Assembly: GCA_010909165.1 (NCBI GenBank)
Contig: VJWM01000379.1
Coordinates: forward strand, 1-26,249
Direction of reading: 5' to 3'
From: Anthoceros angustus
Taxonomy: Eukaryota > Plantae > Anthocerotophyta
Length of the DNA stretch: 26,249 nucleotides
In this document: piece after piece, positions 1 through 10,800 of the stretch
How the letters are laid out: each line of letters starts with the position of its first letter
Numbering within the stretch: the stretch's first letter is position 1
Notes under the pieces: model-generated
What the model was told of the DNA's origin: nothing
The model's input: the letters and a program-made list of their open reading frames with translations, nothing else
Database searches by the model: none
Translations under genes and position numbers: made by a program

Positions 1-64
1 CTAGGATATGTGATCGCCAATTAAGGGAGGACAAGATGGGGTAGAGAGCCCGGCTCCTAAAGAG

Positions 65-1400
65 CTAGCTGAGGCCTCCATGGCCAGCAAACCAATGCCC
101 CAAAAAGCGACGGAAAAATGCTGCCGCCAAAGATCCCGACGCACTCGAAGGTGCACAGGCGATGATGTCGCTTAAAACCAACATAAGCCACTTGTTGAAA
201 TTCCTTAGGCTAGACAAGAAACGGGAGGGCAACTGCTCGAGAAGGTACCACGTCAGCAACATAAAACAAAAGGAGAGGATCCCAAATGCCACTTATGGGT
301 CTCCCATTTCGAAGGTCATCGATGTGCAACAAATCCTCAAAGCCACATCCACATAATCGTAAAGGCGGGAGGCCCAATCGGGACACCAAGAACCCGAAGC
401 CCGGAGCAATATCCCTTCGAACATCGAAGAAAAAGCACAACGCCAGAGGGAGACCAAACATTGCATTTAATGATTTTGATTTTGAAACCGAGGCGGGAGA
501 GCTCTGAAGCGAAGGAATCAAACGTCACCTTTACCTTGTCTCCAGGCCCAAGGATATGGATATCATCAGCCACAGACGGATACAAACATTCTCACACCGA
601 AAAGGCAGTTGAAGACAAAGCCCTGAAATGTGCCATGGCAAAGAGAGCACCCCCAAGAGGGTCACCTTGCCTAGTGCCCATCGCTGAGCTTAACACAGAA
701 ACCCCTTCCACCAAGGGGCCATCGATAATAGAGGTTGGAAGTAGACTCAAAAGGAGCGGACAAAGGAATAAGGTCAATCGCCCACCTGCTCTTGAGCTTC
801 AAGATGCCCGTAAGACAGTGTTGAAGGCATTCTCCACGTCGACCTGAAGAGCAACCCAATCAAGGTGGGTCTCGAGAACCGCCTCCACCCTAAAAGCCAC
901 AGACTCGCATCCCCCCGGCGTAGCAATCCCAAACTGATGAGGACTAAAATGGGCATGGAACTGCTCCCGGTGCTGGAGGGCAAATACTACGACCAATAAG
1001 TCACAGGAACGCCTCCCGGACAGCAATAGAGCACACTCCTGGGGTGGGCTTCTCCATCACCAACAACCTGCTTGCACCCAACACTTGAGAGATCCGAGGA
1101 GGAGTCTCTCCCCTCGCCACAGCGACAACCAGAAGAAACAGCTCGGAAAAACCGCTAGAAGGATCCTCAGGAATAAAATGGTCCCGAAGGTGGTCATAGA
1201 CTGTTCCAGATAGGCTACCTAGGGATGCGGCATCAGGGCATGATTTGGCCATGGACAAGACCTCCACACTTAACAACCCTGCCGGCGGATGAGTGCCGTG
1301 GTAGGTACCATCCTTGCTCTCTTCACGGACAAATGTGTGTTCTCTCTTTGAAATCGCCCGCCTTTCTCTCGGGTGCGCGAGCCTCTCCCTCGTAAGGTCT
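65..1400 (-). mobile_element. Non-LTR retrotransposon reverse-transcriptase remnant, CRE-like / restriction-like-endonuclease type (frameshifted)
   Basis: Successive minus-strand ORF pieces give RT motifs in the expected order: GASRLLVMEKP..GVCSIAVREA (ASRLVALxKxxGGVRPIAVGE-like, 1001-1276), QFGIATPGGCE...LQVDVENAFNTV (799-1026), GTRQGDPLGGALFA (592-777), SVADDIHILG (YADD box, 337-585), LRVLGVPIG, then a post-RT AFGILS..FLSSLRNF region (65-292). Clade assignment is from remembered motifs. Confidence 0.8.
158..221 (+). repeat. 64-bp dispersed direct repeat, second copy at 2144-2207
   Basis: ggcgatgatgtcgcttaaaacc..cataagcc..ttgt.gaaattccttaggctagacaagaaa; 5 mismatches in 64 by manual alignment. 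Confidence 0.95.
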
Positions 1401-1488
1401 TCTCTTCACATCTTAGTCAAAGAAATGGCGCCAGGAGCTTAAAACGCGAGTTCATAACTGTGCCATGAAAAGAGGCGCGGGGCGTTGG

Positions 1489-2218
1489 TTAAGTCCCGAT
1501 CAAGATGGCTCTGTCAAGATGACAGATGTTCGAGAGGCAAGTCCCGAGATGTCCTCTGTGGAGCTCCTTGGGCTGGATGAAGCCGCGAGAATGGTCTCCT
1601 CGGAGGCAGCCACCGAGCAAGAGCCCGAGCCGCCCTAGCATACTCCCAGTAGACCCATGGGAGGCATCATTTGAGGGCCTTTGCGAGTCCGGATGAACCC
1701 GATGCACCTTGAGAATCCAAGACCTCGCTGGCGCTCGGCCTCCTCAAAGCTCCCAATCCCGCCGAACGGAGACGGGTGACCTCCTGATGCCCCAAAAAAC
1801 CACCACGGGAGCGACAAAGACACCACCGAGGGAGAAAAAGGAACAAGGCCTAGGCAGCCTCGTTCCCCGGGTCCTGTGCGAGGCGGTCCAAAGGAAGGCG
1901 ATAGGCAAGGCAGACGTCGTCCTGAAGGCATTGTGGGAGGCACCGAAAAAGGCGCGGACCCGGGAAGCGTGCTTCGTACAAAGCCAGAAGATGATCAGAC
2001 TGCCCTTGAAGCCATAGCCAAGACTGAGAGGGCCCAGAGGTACCAGGGCCAATGGGACAACGTGGAAGTAGATGAAGACGTAGTCGCATGTTGAGCCTCC
2101 CAAGTCGTCCAATCAAAATCCTTGTGGACCCGAATGTGCCTGGGGCGATGATGTCGCTTAAAACCTGCATAAGCCGGTTGTCGAAATTCCTTAGGCTAGA
2201 CAAGAAAACCGGGACCAA
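1489..2218 (-). mobile_element. Additional post-RT fragments of the same non-LTR family (second copy, rearranged)
   Basis: FLSSLRNFDNRLMQVLSDIIAPG (1850-2218) mirrors FLSSLRNFNKWLMLVLSDIIACAP (65-292). SPFGGIG and RLGL-like motifs lie further down. The nucleotide repeat with 158-221 is direct evidence. Confidence 0.6.
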
Positions 2219-2221
2219 TGA

Positions 2222-3100
2222 CCATCACAGATTATAAATGTACAAGAACGTGAAATTAAAGTAATGCATTATGGATTCCTTCTTGAAGGCTAAGGTCAAC
2301 AGTGAGCGAAATTGAAGACTAGTATGTTTTAATTCCTAGTTCTTTAGCATACCTGAATTATTTTTTTGTTATTATTTTTTCTTCTTCTTTTTGGGGGAGT
2401 ATGTTTGCGGCAATCTAGCTACAAAGATTATAATCAAAACAACAGATTCCTCGTCATTGATCAGTAGCAAAGAAGATAGATAACGTGACATGTCAAACAA
2501 GATAGATAACATGACATCTCAAAGAAAATAGATAGCGTGACATCTCAAAGAAGATAGATAACGTGACATCTGCTTAACCAAGGATTAGTGAGTAGGGCTA
2601 GGATTCACCATGAAGAGGAAGGTGTGAGAACACGAGAAAGCTATATCTAGCTTGTAGTTTGGCTGTAAGGCTGAGCGTTCATTTCAGACCTTGCAGCATC
2701 ATCTTCATGTGACATAGCTTTCACACTAACTTGTAGAGGGGTATTTATAGGCTTACAATTCTCCATGTGAACTTGATGAGCAAGTCATCTACATACTTGG
2801 CTTGATGAATGATGATGGTAAGATTTTGAACATCGTGATTCATTTGGACAACAAAATAGTTTTCAAAATATCATTATCATTCATGTGAAATTCTGAACTC
2901 AATTCTAACTTGGCGTGTTCAAGGACTTAAGGGTGTCGATAAAGATTAAGAGATAATCAATATAAAGAACTATGAACACAAGATCTAGAGAGAATATCAA
3001 CATAAAGAGCTATGACCACAAAACCTAGAGGTATGCATAGAGACATAAGCTATAGTACTAATAGTAGTCTTGTGATAACCAATCGAATCATGAAATAATC
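2222..3100 (-). mobile_element. AT-rich putative LTR / retroelement non-coding segment
   Basis: AT-rich block between the non-LTR fragment and the gypsy RT. It has internal tandem repeats (2468-2571; a ~39-bp pair at ~2956-3030) and a minus-strand TATAAATA at 2742-2749. No partner LTR is visible and the borders are uncertain. Confidence 0.3.
2468..2571. repeat. Tandem repeat, 4 x 26 bp (CAAAGAAGATAGATAACGTGACATCT)
   Basis: Copies at 2468-2493, 2494-2519, 2520-2545 and 2546-2571, each with 0-2 substitutions. Confidence 0.95.
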
Positions 3101-3132
3101 AATTTGATATTAGATAGTGATCAAAGAAGTTC

Positions 3133-4115
3133 ATGTGGAAGATATCCGGCGACATCGGCGAGGAAGATCAAGTCAAGATCGTGGAGATGTTAGATCGAAA
3201 CCAGAGGGCTTTTGCCTTCAGTTGGAATGAGCTGGGCAAGTACGATTGCATCAAGTTCAAGATCGTGACCACAACTCAAGAGCTATCTTTCGAAGAACTT
3301 CGTAGATAAAGCCCGGTAGAGTGGGATGTGGTAGACAAACGCTGCAAGGAGCTTTACGATGTTGGATTGATCAAGAAATCAAATTTGTAGTTTGCAGCTG
3401 CCACAATCGTACCTTTGAAGAAGGACAAGAATGGTGAGTGGAAAGATCACAGAATGTGTGGTGACTATCGACCCTTGAATGAGGTGACACCGATTGAGAG
3501 ATACCCGATGCCGACACACGATGAGATATTTGATGCTATCGGCAAGGCCAAGTAATTCACCACACTCGACTTTCGCTTAGGCTTCAATCTAATTGTCATA
3601 GAAGATGCAGACAAGTGCAAGATGGCATTCTTGGGCAGAGATCAGCTATGGAAATGGGAAACCATGCCATTTGGGCTGAAGAATGCCTCTATATACTTTT
3701 AGCGGATCGCGATCTAGAGCAAGGTATGCCGTTTGTGAAGTATTATATTGATGACATATTGGTTTTTAGTGAGACGGAAGAGCACTTAGAAATGTTGCCA
3801 CAAAGGTCTGTCGGTTGAAAGCACATCCTAAGAAGTGTAGCTTTGCCTTTCGAGGATAGAGTATCTCGGGCATAAGATTGTGTCGAAGGATCATGCCATA
3901 GCAAAGGTTCAGTGATGCGGATGCCGTGCCTACGGGATGTGGCAGCACTAAGGGCTTTCTTAGGCCTAGTCGATTACTATCGCAGGTTTAGGAAGGACAT
4001 GAGTGCGATCTGCAAGCCGTGGTATGATTTACTCAAGAATGATATGGCTTGGCAGTGGAAACTGGAGCATGAAGGAGCATGGCAGGAGTTGAAAGATCAA
4101 CTCGCTGTTGGAGTT
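3133..4115 (+). pseudogene. Ty3/gypsy reverse transcriptase plus connection region, degenerate
   Basis: Frame from 3133 reads ...KKDKNGEWKDHRMCGDYRPLN..ERYPMP..DEIFDAIGKAK*FTTLDFRLGF...MPFGLKNA. It continues with YYIDDILVFS (3615-3818 frame) and LRAFLGLVDYYRRF...W....EGAWQELKDQL (3912-4130). Several in-frame stops and frameshifts. Confidence 0.92.
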
Positions 4116-4230
4116 ATTTATATAACTTAGCTTAACTTACCTCGTTAATCTTTTGAGTTAGGCTTATTGTGGTGGGAGGTTCTCGGGACCCCCGGAACCC
4201 TCAGCCCTGTAGCGGCCACACTTATCCCAC

Positions 4231-4620
4231 TGTTGGTTTGTACAATAGGTTTCGTTCCCACGAAGGAGTGGGGGAGCCCTTCCCCGCACGGATGGAGGTG
4301 CGCCTCCCGACCTCTCTAACTCTCTTGACCTCCGCACACGGTGACTAATCGCCTCCATCGGGCCCGGGTGACCCACACTAGGTAAGTCACGCTACCCTAC
4401 GCCGCGATGACTCCGACGGCGCGGACCTACGTCAAGAGAGGCACCGCCCAAACTGCAACGGCGTCCATGGGGACCCCCCAAATCACCGTATAGTGGGCAA
4501 TCCTCCCACCAGCGCAAATCCTACACTCCCTAAGACCCTTCTCGTGACAAATTTGGGGCCGCCCCCTCAAGCTCTGGGTATAAGCATGGTTGGGTGCTCA
4601 CTTTAGTTAGAAACGGTTGA
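4231..4620 (-). mobile_element. LTR 3'-portion remnant, related to the LTR ending at ~17775
   Basis: The minus strand ends ...gctcccccactccttcgtgggaacgaaacctattgtacaaaccAACA followed by gTGG (PBS-like). This resembles gagctccattcccttgggaacgaactcttcctacaacgACA at 17735-17775. Confidence 0.45.
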
Positions 4621-4949
4621 AACGCTCTTAATTTGTCCTCACGCAATGTTTACAATTATGAAAAATTCATTTCTTTTCCAACTTATCTGATTTTTTTTAC
4701 ATGTTATAGTCATGTCTATTTTTATCTAGGATTAAAATTTAATAAAGAATGGTATATTAAAATATGCTTTAAAAATTCAACTTGTTTAAGGACAATGTCC
4801 CCACATAGGCGGCCTTTTGCCTTCATTTCACGAACTCGTGGCCGAGGCGCCCACGCTGCCTTGAAATGCTCCGAGTTTAATAATCAACATAGAATATCAT
4901 TTAGTGCGGGGCGGAGTACGTGCATCGCGTGTGCAAATGACCTATCTTG

Positions 4950-5045
4950 TAGAGCTCATCTTGAACTAGGCTAGGGTGTCGTGACAAGCTCGGAGCTCAA
5001 ACTTGAACTCATAGGCTATCGTAATCGTGACAAGCTCCGGGCTAC
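4950..5045. repeat. Short duplicated motifs (GAGCTCA..CTTGAACT..AGGCTA and TCGTGACAAGCTC, two each); possible transposon subterminal repeats
   Basis: Two imperfect ~45-bp units lie just upstream of the transposase. A loosely inverted match (tcgtga..agctcgagctc on the minus strand) occurs at ~10955-10985. Confidence 0.45.
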
Positions 5046-8000
5046 ATGTGGAGGACGTGGTGGAAGGAGCGGATCGAGGTTCGGACGGCGCTACAAGTTG
5101 CAAGTAGGTCCATGGGTTGGTGGATAGTGCGGGCGGTGTCGCTTCAAATACGGTGGATAGTGCCGTGGCGTTGGAGGTGGTGCCACCCTTGGCTGTTTTG
5201 GGGCGGTGCTATGGCTCGGTCACCTTCCCAACAAAGTCGATGGGCGGCGGCCAAAGCGTCGTCGGTGAGCGGCGGAAGCACTAACGGTGAAGGTGCTTCA
5301 CGTGAAGGCGGTGTCCAGTGTGGGAAGAAGAAGGCGAGGATACATCCACGGAGGTGGGCGAGGCGGATGTTAAGCAGTCACGTCCTCCAGCGCCAAGGAG
5401 AGTAGGGAGGATGCTCCTTCCGGGAGAGTTGAAGGAGAGGCGTCAAAACATCAACGGTGTGCGGCATAGAGAGCGGCGTGGCTCTTGCAGCCAATTCTGG
5501 TATTAGGGAATGCTCGGTGCGTCGCAAGCAAGAAGTGGCTCGTACACTAGCCAATCGCTTTTATGCCTTAGCGCATACACGGAAGTCGTAGAGACATCTT
5601 GGAGGTGTTTAGTCACCTACCACTTCTCAAGTTGTATAGGCGGGGCTACAAAGGATGCAAAGAGATCCAACTAGGAGCATTGTTGTTGAAGAATGTGCGT
5701 GAGGCTTGCACAAACTTGAAGGCGATTCAAGTTGGAGACCATTTGCGAGCAAGGAACACCCTTCAACGTCATTTTATCTCAAGATCTCCAAGACAATCAC
5801 CTTGTTGCTCGCTTTCCCACCACATTGGAGTCGCGGAGGCGGATCCATCGAGCCTAAGCACAAGGCGGGAGGGCATGCCTCGTGACGGATCCTGGTTGGG
5901 TGATGGAAGGAGATCAAGATCTGACATCCTTTCGCCACATGTTAAGGCCACCATCGTCCACTTTTGGGAATCAGCTTCCCGTCCTTCATCCAACACAAAA
6001 GATACCAAGCGGTTGCGAATAGCACCAACGTTCATCAAACATATCACGCACTTTCGGACATGTCACGGTATGTGGAAGTCGACTTCGAGTTTGAAGTGTT
6101 GATTGTAGGATTGTTCTTCTCAAGGACGTAATGTGGTTTGGCTTGCTAGGTTTGATTTGTGTCTAGGTTGTTGCTGATCCGAAGGGCGTGTCTTGGGTCC
6201 TTCTAACCTTGTGTTTCCTTCCTCATACAACCGTAGGGTGTCTTCCTATTGGGCAACTAAGTGGTGACCGCTATCGCAGAGACATTTGGGAGTGTGTTAC
6301 ATGTTTGTCTTGTTCGTCGGTGGGACCCAAGCTTGCATGTTTGACCCCAATGTCCTATGCTCACATATGATCTGCGACTCCATGTGGCCTCCATTGTGGG
6401 TTTGGTGTTGCTTTTACCCAGGTTTCTTAGGGCTGATTGGTGTGTTCTTTGACATGTGCGAGTTCTACCTTCGCCGAACACGGAAATACAAGTTGGGCAA
6501 CGGTCATTCGAGAAGTTGAAGCCGTTCTTTGTTAAGAGCTTGCAAGAGCGCAATCTGCTTCATCGGTACCATGTGGAAATGGCGTTCCTTAAAGATGCCT
6601 TCAATAACCTCCGGCAGTCTGTGGTTCACCCGTGGCGGTCATTGTTCTGCGTGTGTGTGCTCATCCTTTTGGCTCAAGAGCTTCATTGTAACGCCTCCAC
6701 TTGTTTGGCTTGATCAGACACTATGTGAGCGTGTTCTTTGTGCAAAGGGTGAGGATGCTGGCATTCCCCGGCATGCTTGCTAGGAACATGTGAGTGTGGT
6801 GTCAACACACTTCCTTCGCCCTTCGAGACATGTTTGGATATTCGGCAAATCTGTTCTTAAGTGGCTTTTTCAATATCGTAGTCGGAAAGGATGCGATGGC
6901 AACGACAAGAAAAGGATCAAACTAGTGTTTAGGAAACACATCCTTCCGTGTTTGTGGAGTATCAAGGTAAGGTGAAGGAGTTTCATTTCATGATTATATC
7001 CGGTGATGGCGGATAGAGTTCAGACATTGTCTCGAATGGTTCCCACAGGATGTTGTGGTTTCAGTGCTCGATTTTGCTCAGAACTATGCATTTGGGGTCC
7101 AGAATGAGATTCAATCCATGCACTGGCAGAACGACCAGGTTACTATTTTGGTGTTGGTTTTTTACAGGCGCAATGGCCCTGTTGATGCAGAGGACCCTGG
7201 CGCATCAATTGAGAAGTACTATCACTTTTATATTAGCGATGACATGGTCCATGACACTCTATTTGTGCAACACTGTTTGCTAAAACAGTGGCAGTGGATG
7301 CAGGATGCGGGATTCCCTCAACCTCGAGAACACTGGTGCTGGTCAGATGGGGCAGCTAGCCAATTCAAAGCGTGTCGACCTAGCTACTTCATTGCTCGGT
7401 ATCCTAGCATCACAGGTGGGTGCAACATGCTTTGGTCTTATTTTGGAAGTGGGCACGGGAAGGGCACGATGGTGCAGTGCCATCTTGAAGCGTGCTCTGC
7501 GGCAGTCTCCTCTGGCGGGATGGAAAATGTGCAGATGTGGTGGAGTACTGCCATCTCTGTGGTGCACCAGCTCTTATGCAAGTGCATCATGCGTTCACCA
7601 AGTTTTTGGCTCATTGGAAGACAGAGGTAAACCGCCAAACAAATTTGGTTGTGACCCCATACACGGATCCAAGCAAATGCACATATGGTTGTGACATGCA
7701 TGACACGCATTGCGAATGCGAGCCTTGCATGTTTCGCGAGTGTATGGAGAGCAACCATTCTGTGAAATGGTGCCTCATCGCTTTTGGAGGTCGTCGAATC
7801 ACACCTCATGGGCGGCGGCCCCAGACAAACACGACAAGCGGTTGACCAGCAAGTCCACCCGATGATTCGATCGTGCACTTCCAACAATTGAAGCGGTGAG
7901 GATGATGATGTTGATGATGTCTCGTAGATGGCGAGATATCTTGGAAGTTGGAGATAACTTCCTTGTCTTGGCGACCCTGCAGATGAAGGGCTGGATTTTT

Positions 8001-8270
8001 ACTGACTTGCACTAAGGCCAAGCACGGAGTCTCGGTATTGCCCTTGGAGTAAAAGAGAATTCCAGTGGGGAGGAGGTGGTTGTGGACAATACTATATGTT
8101 GGAAAAGCATTTGCCCGAGTCTGTATAGCTTGCCTTGGGATCCGGAGGAATGCATTTTGCCTCAAATTGTTCGGACATGCAAGTTCACAATGGCACCACA
8201 TGGGCACGATGGAGAAGTCCTATATAGGCTAACCAAAGCCCGGAACAAGTCACGCCTATGTCTATGAAAG
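5046..8270 (+). pseudogene. Large DDD/DDE DNA transposase, Sola-like (tentative superfamily), frameshifted
   Basis: Ordered motifs: RSRSDIL..VKATIVHFW..SRPSSNTKD.KRLRI (~5900-6050); EIQVGQRSFEKLKPFFVK..ERN..YHVEM (6456-6713); VLDFAQNYAF..QNEIQSMHW..QVTILV (D1 at ~7070); ISDD..HD..FV.HC; HWCWSDGAASQFK (D2 at 7343-7351); WSYFGSGHGKG-HDGAGAILKRALR (D3 at ~7468, across a frameshift); Cys cluster HCECEPCMF; C-terminal GEEVVV...CKFTMAP..H..VLYRL. Confidence 0.75.
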
Positions 8271-8330
8271 CAACCGAGGAAGGTGAGTACTCTTACCGGA
8301 AGCAGTTCGTGGTTCATGATCAACTGTGGT

Positions 8331-8833
8331 CTTGAGATGAGCACAACCCGATTCGATCAACATGCTGCGTGCGGAGAACAATTAATGCGTGCCGTGCCCG
8401 ATGATGCTATTTTCACATTGTTTGGGCGTTTATCGATCGCTATGTTGTCACCACTGTTTCGGGTGCCGAGTTTACTAGACTATGTTGTCACTATGCTTTG
8501 TGTCACTTTCACAAAATGTTTTTGGCTCAAGACTTGTGACCCAAATTCGTGCTATAACGCTTCTTTGTCGTTTCGATATATGTTTCTCGATAGATCATGT
8601 TCATTCTGCTCTTGAGATGAGCACAACCCGATTGGATGAACACTCTGTCGCGAGGAGGACAAATTAATGCAAGTCGTGCCCGAGGTTTCTATTTTCACAT
8701 TGCTCTGTTTTCGGATGCTATGTTGTCACCTTTGGGTCTTGAGTTTACTAGACTATGTTGTCTGTACAGGCTTTGCAAGGTGGGTTTATAAAATGTTTTT
8801 GGCTCAGACTTGTGACCCAAAGGTGCTATAAAT
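8331..8833. repeat. Diverged tandem duplication, ~280-bp unit x 2 (starts at 8331 and 8611)
   Basis: Both units begin cttgagatgagcacaacccgatt and share ctattttcacattg, gagtttactagactatgttgtc, aaaatgtttttggctca.gacttgtgacccaaa and gtgctataa. Confidence 0.9.
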
Positions 8834-8887
8834 GTCGTGTGCTGCCCTAATAATGATGTGTGGGAGCTCAAGTTTGATAAAACTCAT

Positions 8888-9087
8888 TGGGTATGTGGTA
8901 TGTGGGTATGTGGGTATGTGGGTATGTGGGTATGTGGGTATGTGGGGATGTGGGGATGGGATGTGGGATGTGGGGATGTGGGATGTGGGATGTGGGGATG
9001 TGGGGATGTGTGGGGATGTGGGGATGTGGGATGTGGTGATGTGGGGATGGATGTGGGATGTGTGTGGGATGTGGGATTTGGGATGGT
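8888..9087 (+). repeat. G-rich compound microsatellite: (TATGTGGG)~7 followed by degenerate (GATGTGG[G][G])n
   Basis: Read directly from the sequence. It generates the spurious W/G/C/M/V and P/H/I/T ORFs at 8832-9329, 8837-9127 and 8868-9095. Confidence 0.97.
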
Positions 9088-9129
9088 GTTCTCACAATAT
9101 GGGTTATTTGGATGGGGAGTATGTTAGTG

Positions 9130-10800
9130 CTGGGGCGTTGTTAGTGGTCTGGGGTGTTGGGACGGGGACTCTTCATTCACGCTGGGGGGCCGGGCGTGGA
9201 GGTCCATGGCAAACCAAACTGTTGGAGGAGGCGTGCGGGGATGGGGAAGTGTCTACTGGCCTCAAGATGTTGAATGTGAGGAGGATGTGGTATTCGTCAC
9301 GTTTGTGCTTGATGAGGATGCATGGTTAAGGGGCACGGCGGTTGTGCATGTTGTGATTCCGCTCCGGTTGGAATGTCAAGCTTGTATCCTTTGGATCTTT
9401 CAAAGCACATCCGACTTGGGAGTTGGGGGTATCTGGGGTAGGAATGCTAATGAAGGCACGTTAGAATTTCTGAGGCACAGTCGGTGCTGCAGGATCAGGC
9501 GGGCTTGAGGCCGTGGTGGGTGTCGTGGCGCGCAGCATGTGCTATGTGCAAATTCAAGTTGGAGCATGACATTCAAGGTTACTAGCTTCGGAGGCTTCAA
9601 GGTGCAAAAGGAGTTCTGGACAAAATTCAAACATTGGTGCATCGCTAAGAGACAATGTTTATGACTCGGGAGGCTGGGTGACTGGGCAACCCACCAGCAA
9701 GAGGTTGGTTGTCCACATGTTGAAGGTTCAATAACAAATAGGTTTGAAAACCTCAAAGAGGACGCCAGGCGGGTAAGCGGACCACCCCGGTGGTTTCAAG
9801 TTCATGTGTTGTCCTTGAAGACCGCAACATGGCGAGAAGTTGTAGTGGGCTATAGCATGAAGGCGTTAAGAACTTTGTGGATGTGTTTACATTGCTTCCT
9901 GCTTCGTTGATCGGCTTGATTGTTGTGAAATTCTTTATCTCCGTAAATGGCCCTAGTTTTCCCATTTTCAATCATTGCAAACAAAGGACTCCATGCACTC
10001 TTGTCATGTCGGACTCTTGGTCACGTTGGCCTCAAATCTTTGGTCCCCTATGCCGGGTTCGACAAGGCTGAAAGGATCGGTCGAATTTTCAAAATCTATC
10101 GCTGATTGGCCATCCAGGCCTTGCTTTCCTTACACTTGGGCATGTTTGAAAGTAATCATGTCACCCACCTTTCGGTGGCCTTATGCACGAGTGGCCTCCG
10201 GCATTGGCAATTTAAAGCCGGCAAGCACTTCGTGACCACGCAAGCTAGCCCGCCTTTGTCCTTTGTGGAGATCAGCGGACTTTCGCTCTTGTATGCAATG
10301 GAAGCCACTTGGGAGGTGGTTGGTGTGGGGAGGGACATGGAATCTTCAAGCGGATTAGGCAAGCTGGCCCCAGGCACCCTCTTCGCGGAGGTGAGTATCA
10401 CCATTTGTCAATGACGAGAAAGTCACTAGTCACCTTGGCACTACTTGCATCGAATGGAACGGGCCAAGGCACGCCGCCATCGGAAGAAGGTCCGAGATCG
10501 GTGTGGCCCCATATGCCAAGCCTTCCCCGCCGCGCCGCACGCACATCATGGAGGTGGTCGGGTTGGCCGGCGAAGGCACCGATCTGCTTCGGCGGGGACT
10601 CAAGCGAGGAGGACACTGGCGATGTGATAGATTGAGGGCGCCACCCGAGGTCGGGCAACAAGTTCCTTCCGTCCTGGCTGGCTCTGCACATCCACGACAC
10701 TAGATAGGTTGTGTGACAATGGGTGGATGGCGGAGCAGATCCCTTGATGCTTGTTTTGTGGCATTGTACATTACAACAGCTTTGGGCCACGAGGGGTGGC
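9130..10800 (-). pseudogene. Unassigned decayed ORF (Cys motifs, P/S/T/H-rich tail); possible transposon second ORF
   Basis: Protein-like minus-strand pieces include SIAYKSESPLISTKDKGGLACVVTKCLPALNCQCRRPLVHK (10156-10404), GPFTEIKNFTTIKPI...FLTPSCYSPL (9753-9971) and a CACG..(x12)..RTFFRW segment near 10470-10545. No family recognised. Confidence 0.3.

Noticed and set aside
2468-2571. CRISPR array
   Set aside because: Repeats are contiguous with no unique spacers, there are no cas genes, and the context is eukaryotic.
4213-4230. Assignment of a specific tRNA to the PBS-like TGGGATAAG
   Set aside because: I could not match it confidently to any tRNA 3' end without a search.
4633-4974. 113-aa ORF in AT-rich DNA
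   Set aside because: Non-ATG start, F/Y/K-biased composition and no motifs; likely non-coding.
8832-9329. ORFs rich in W/G/C/M/V (plus) or P/H/I/T (minus)
   Set aside because: Translations of the G-rich microsatellite, not proteins.
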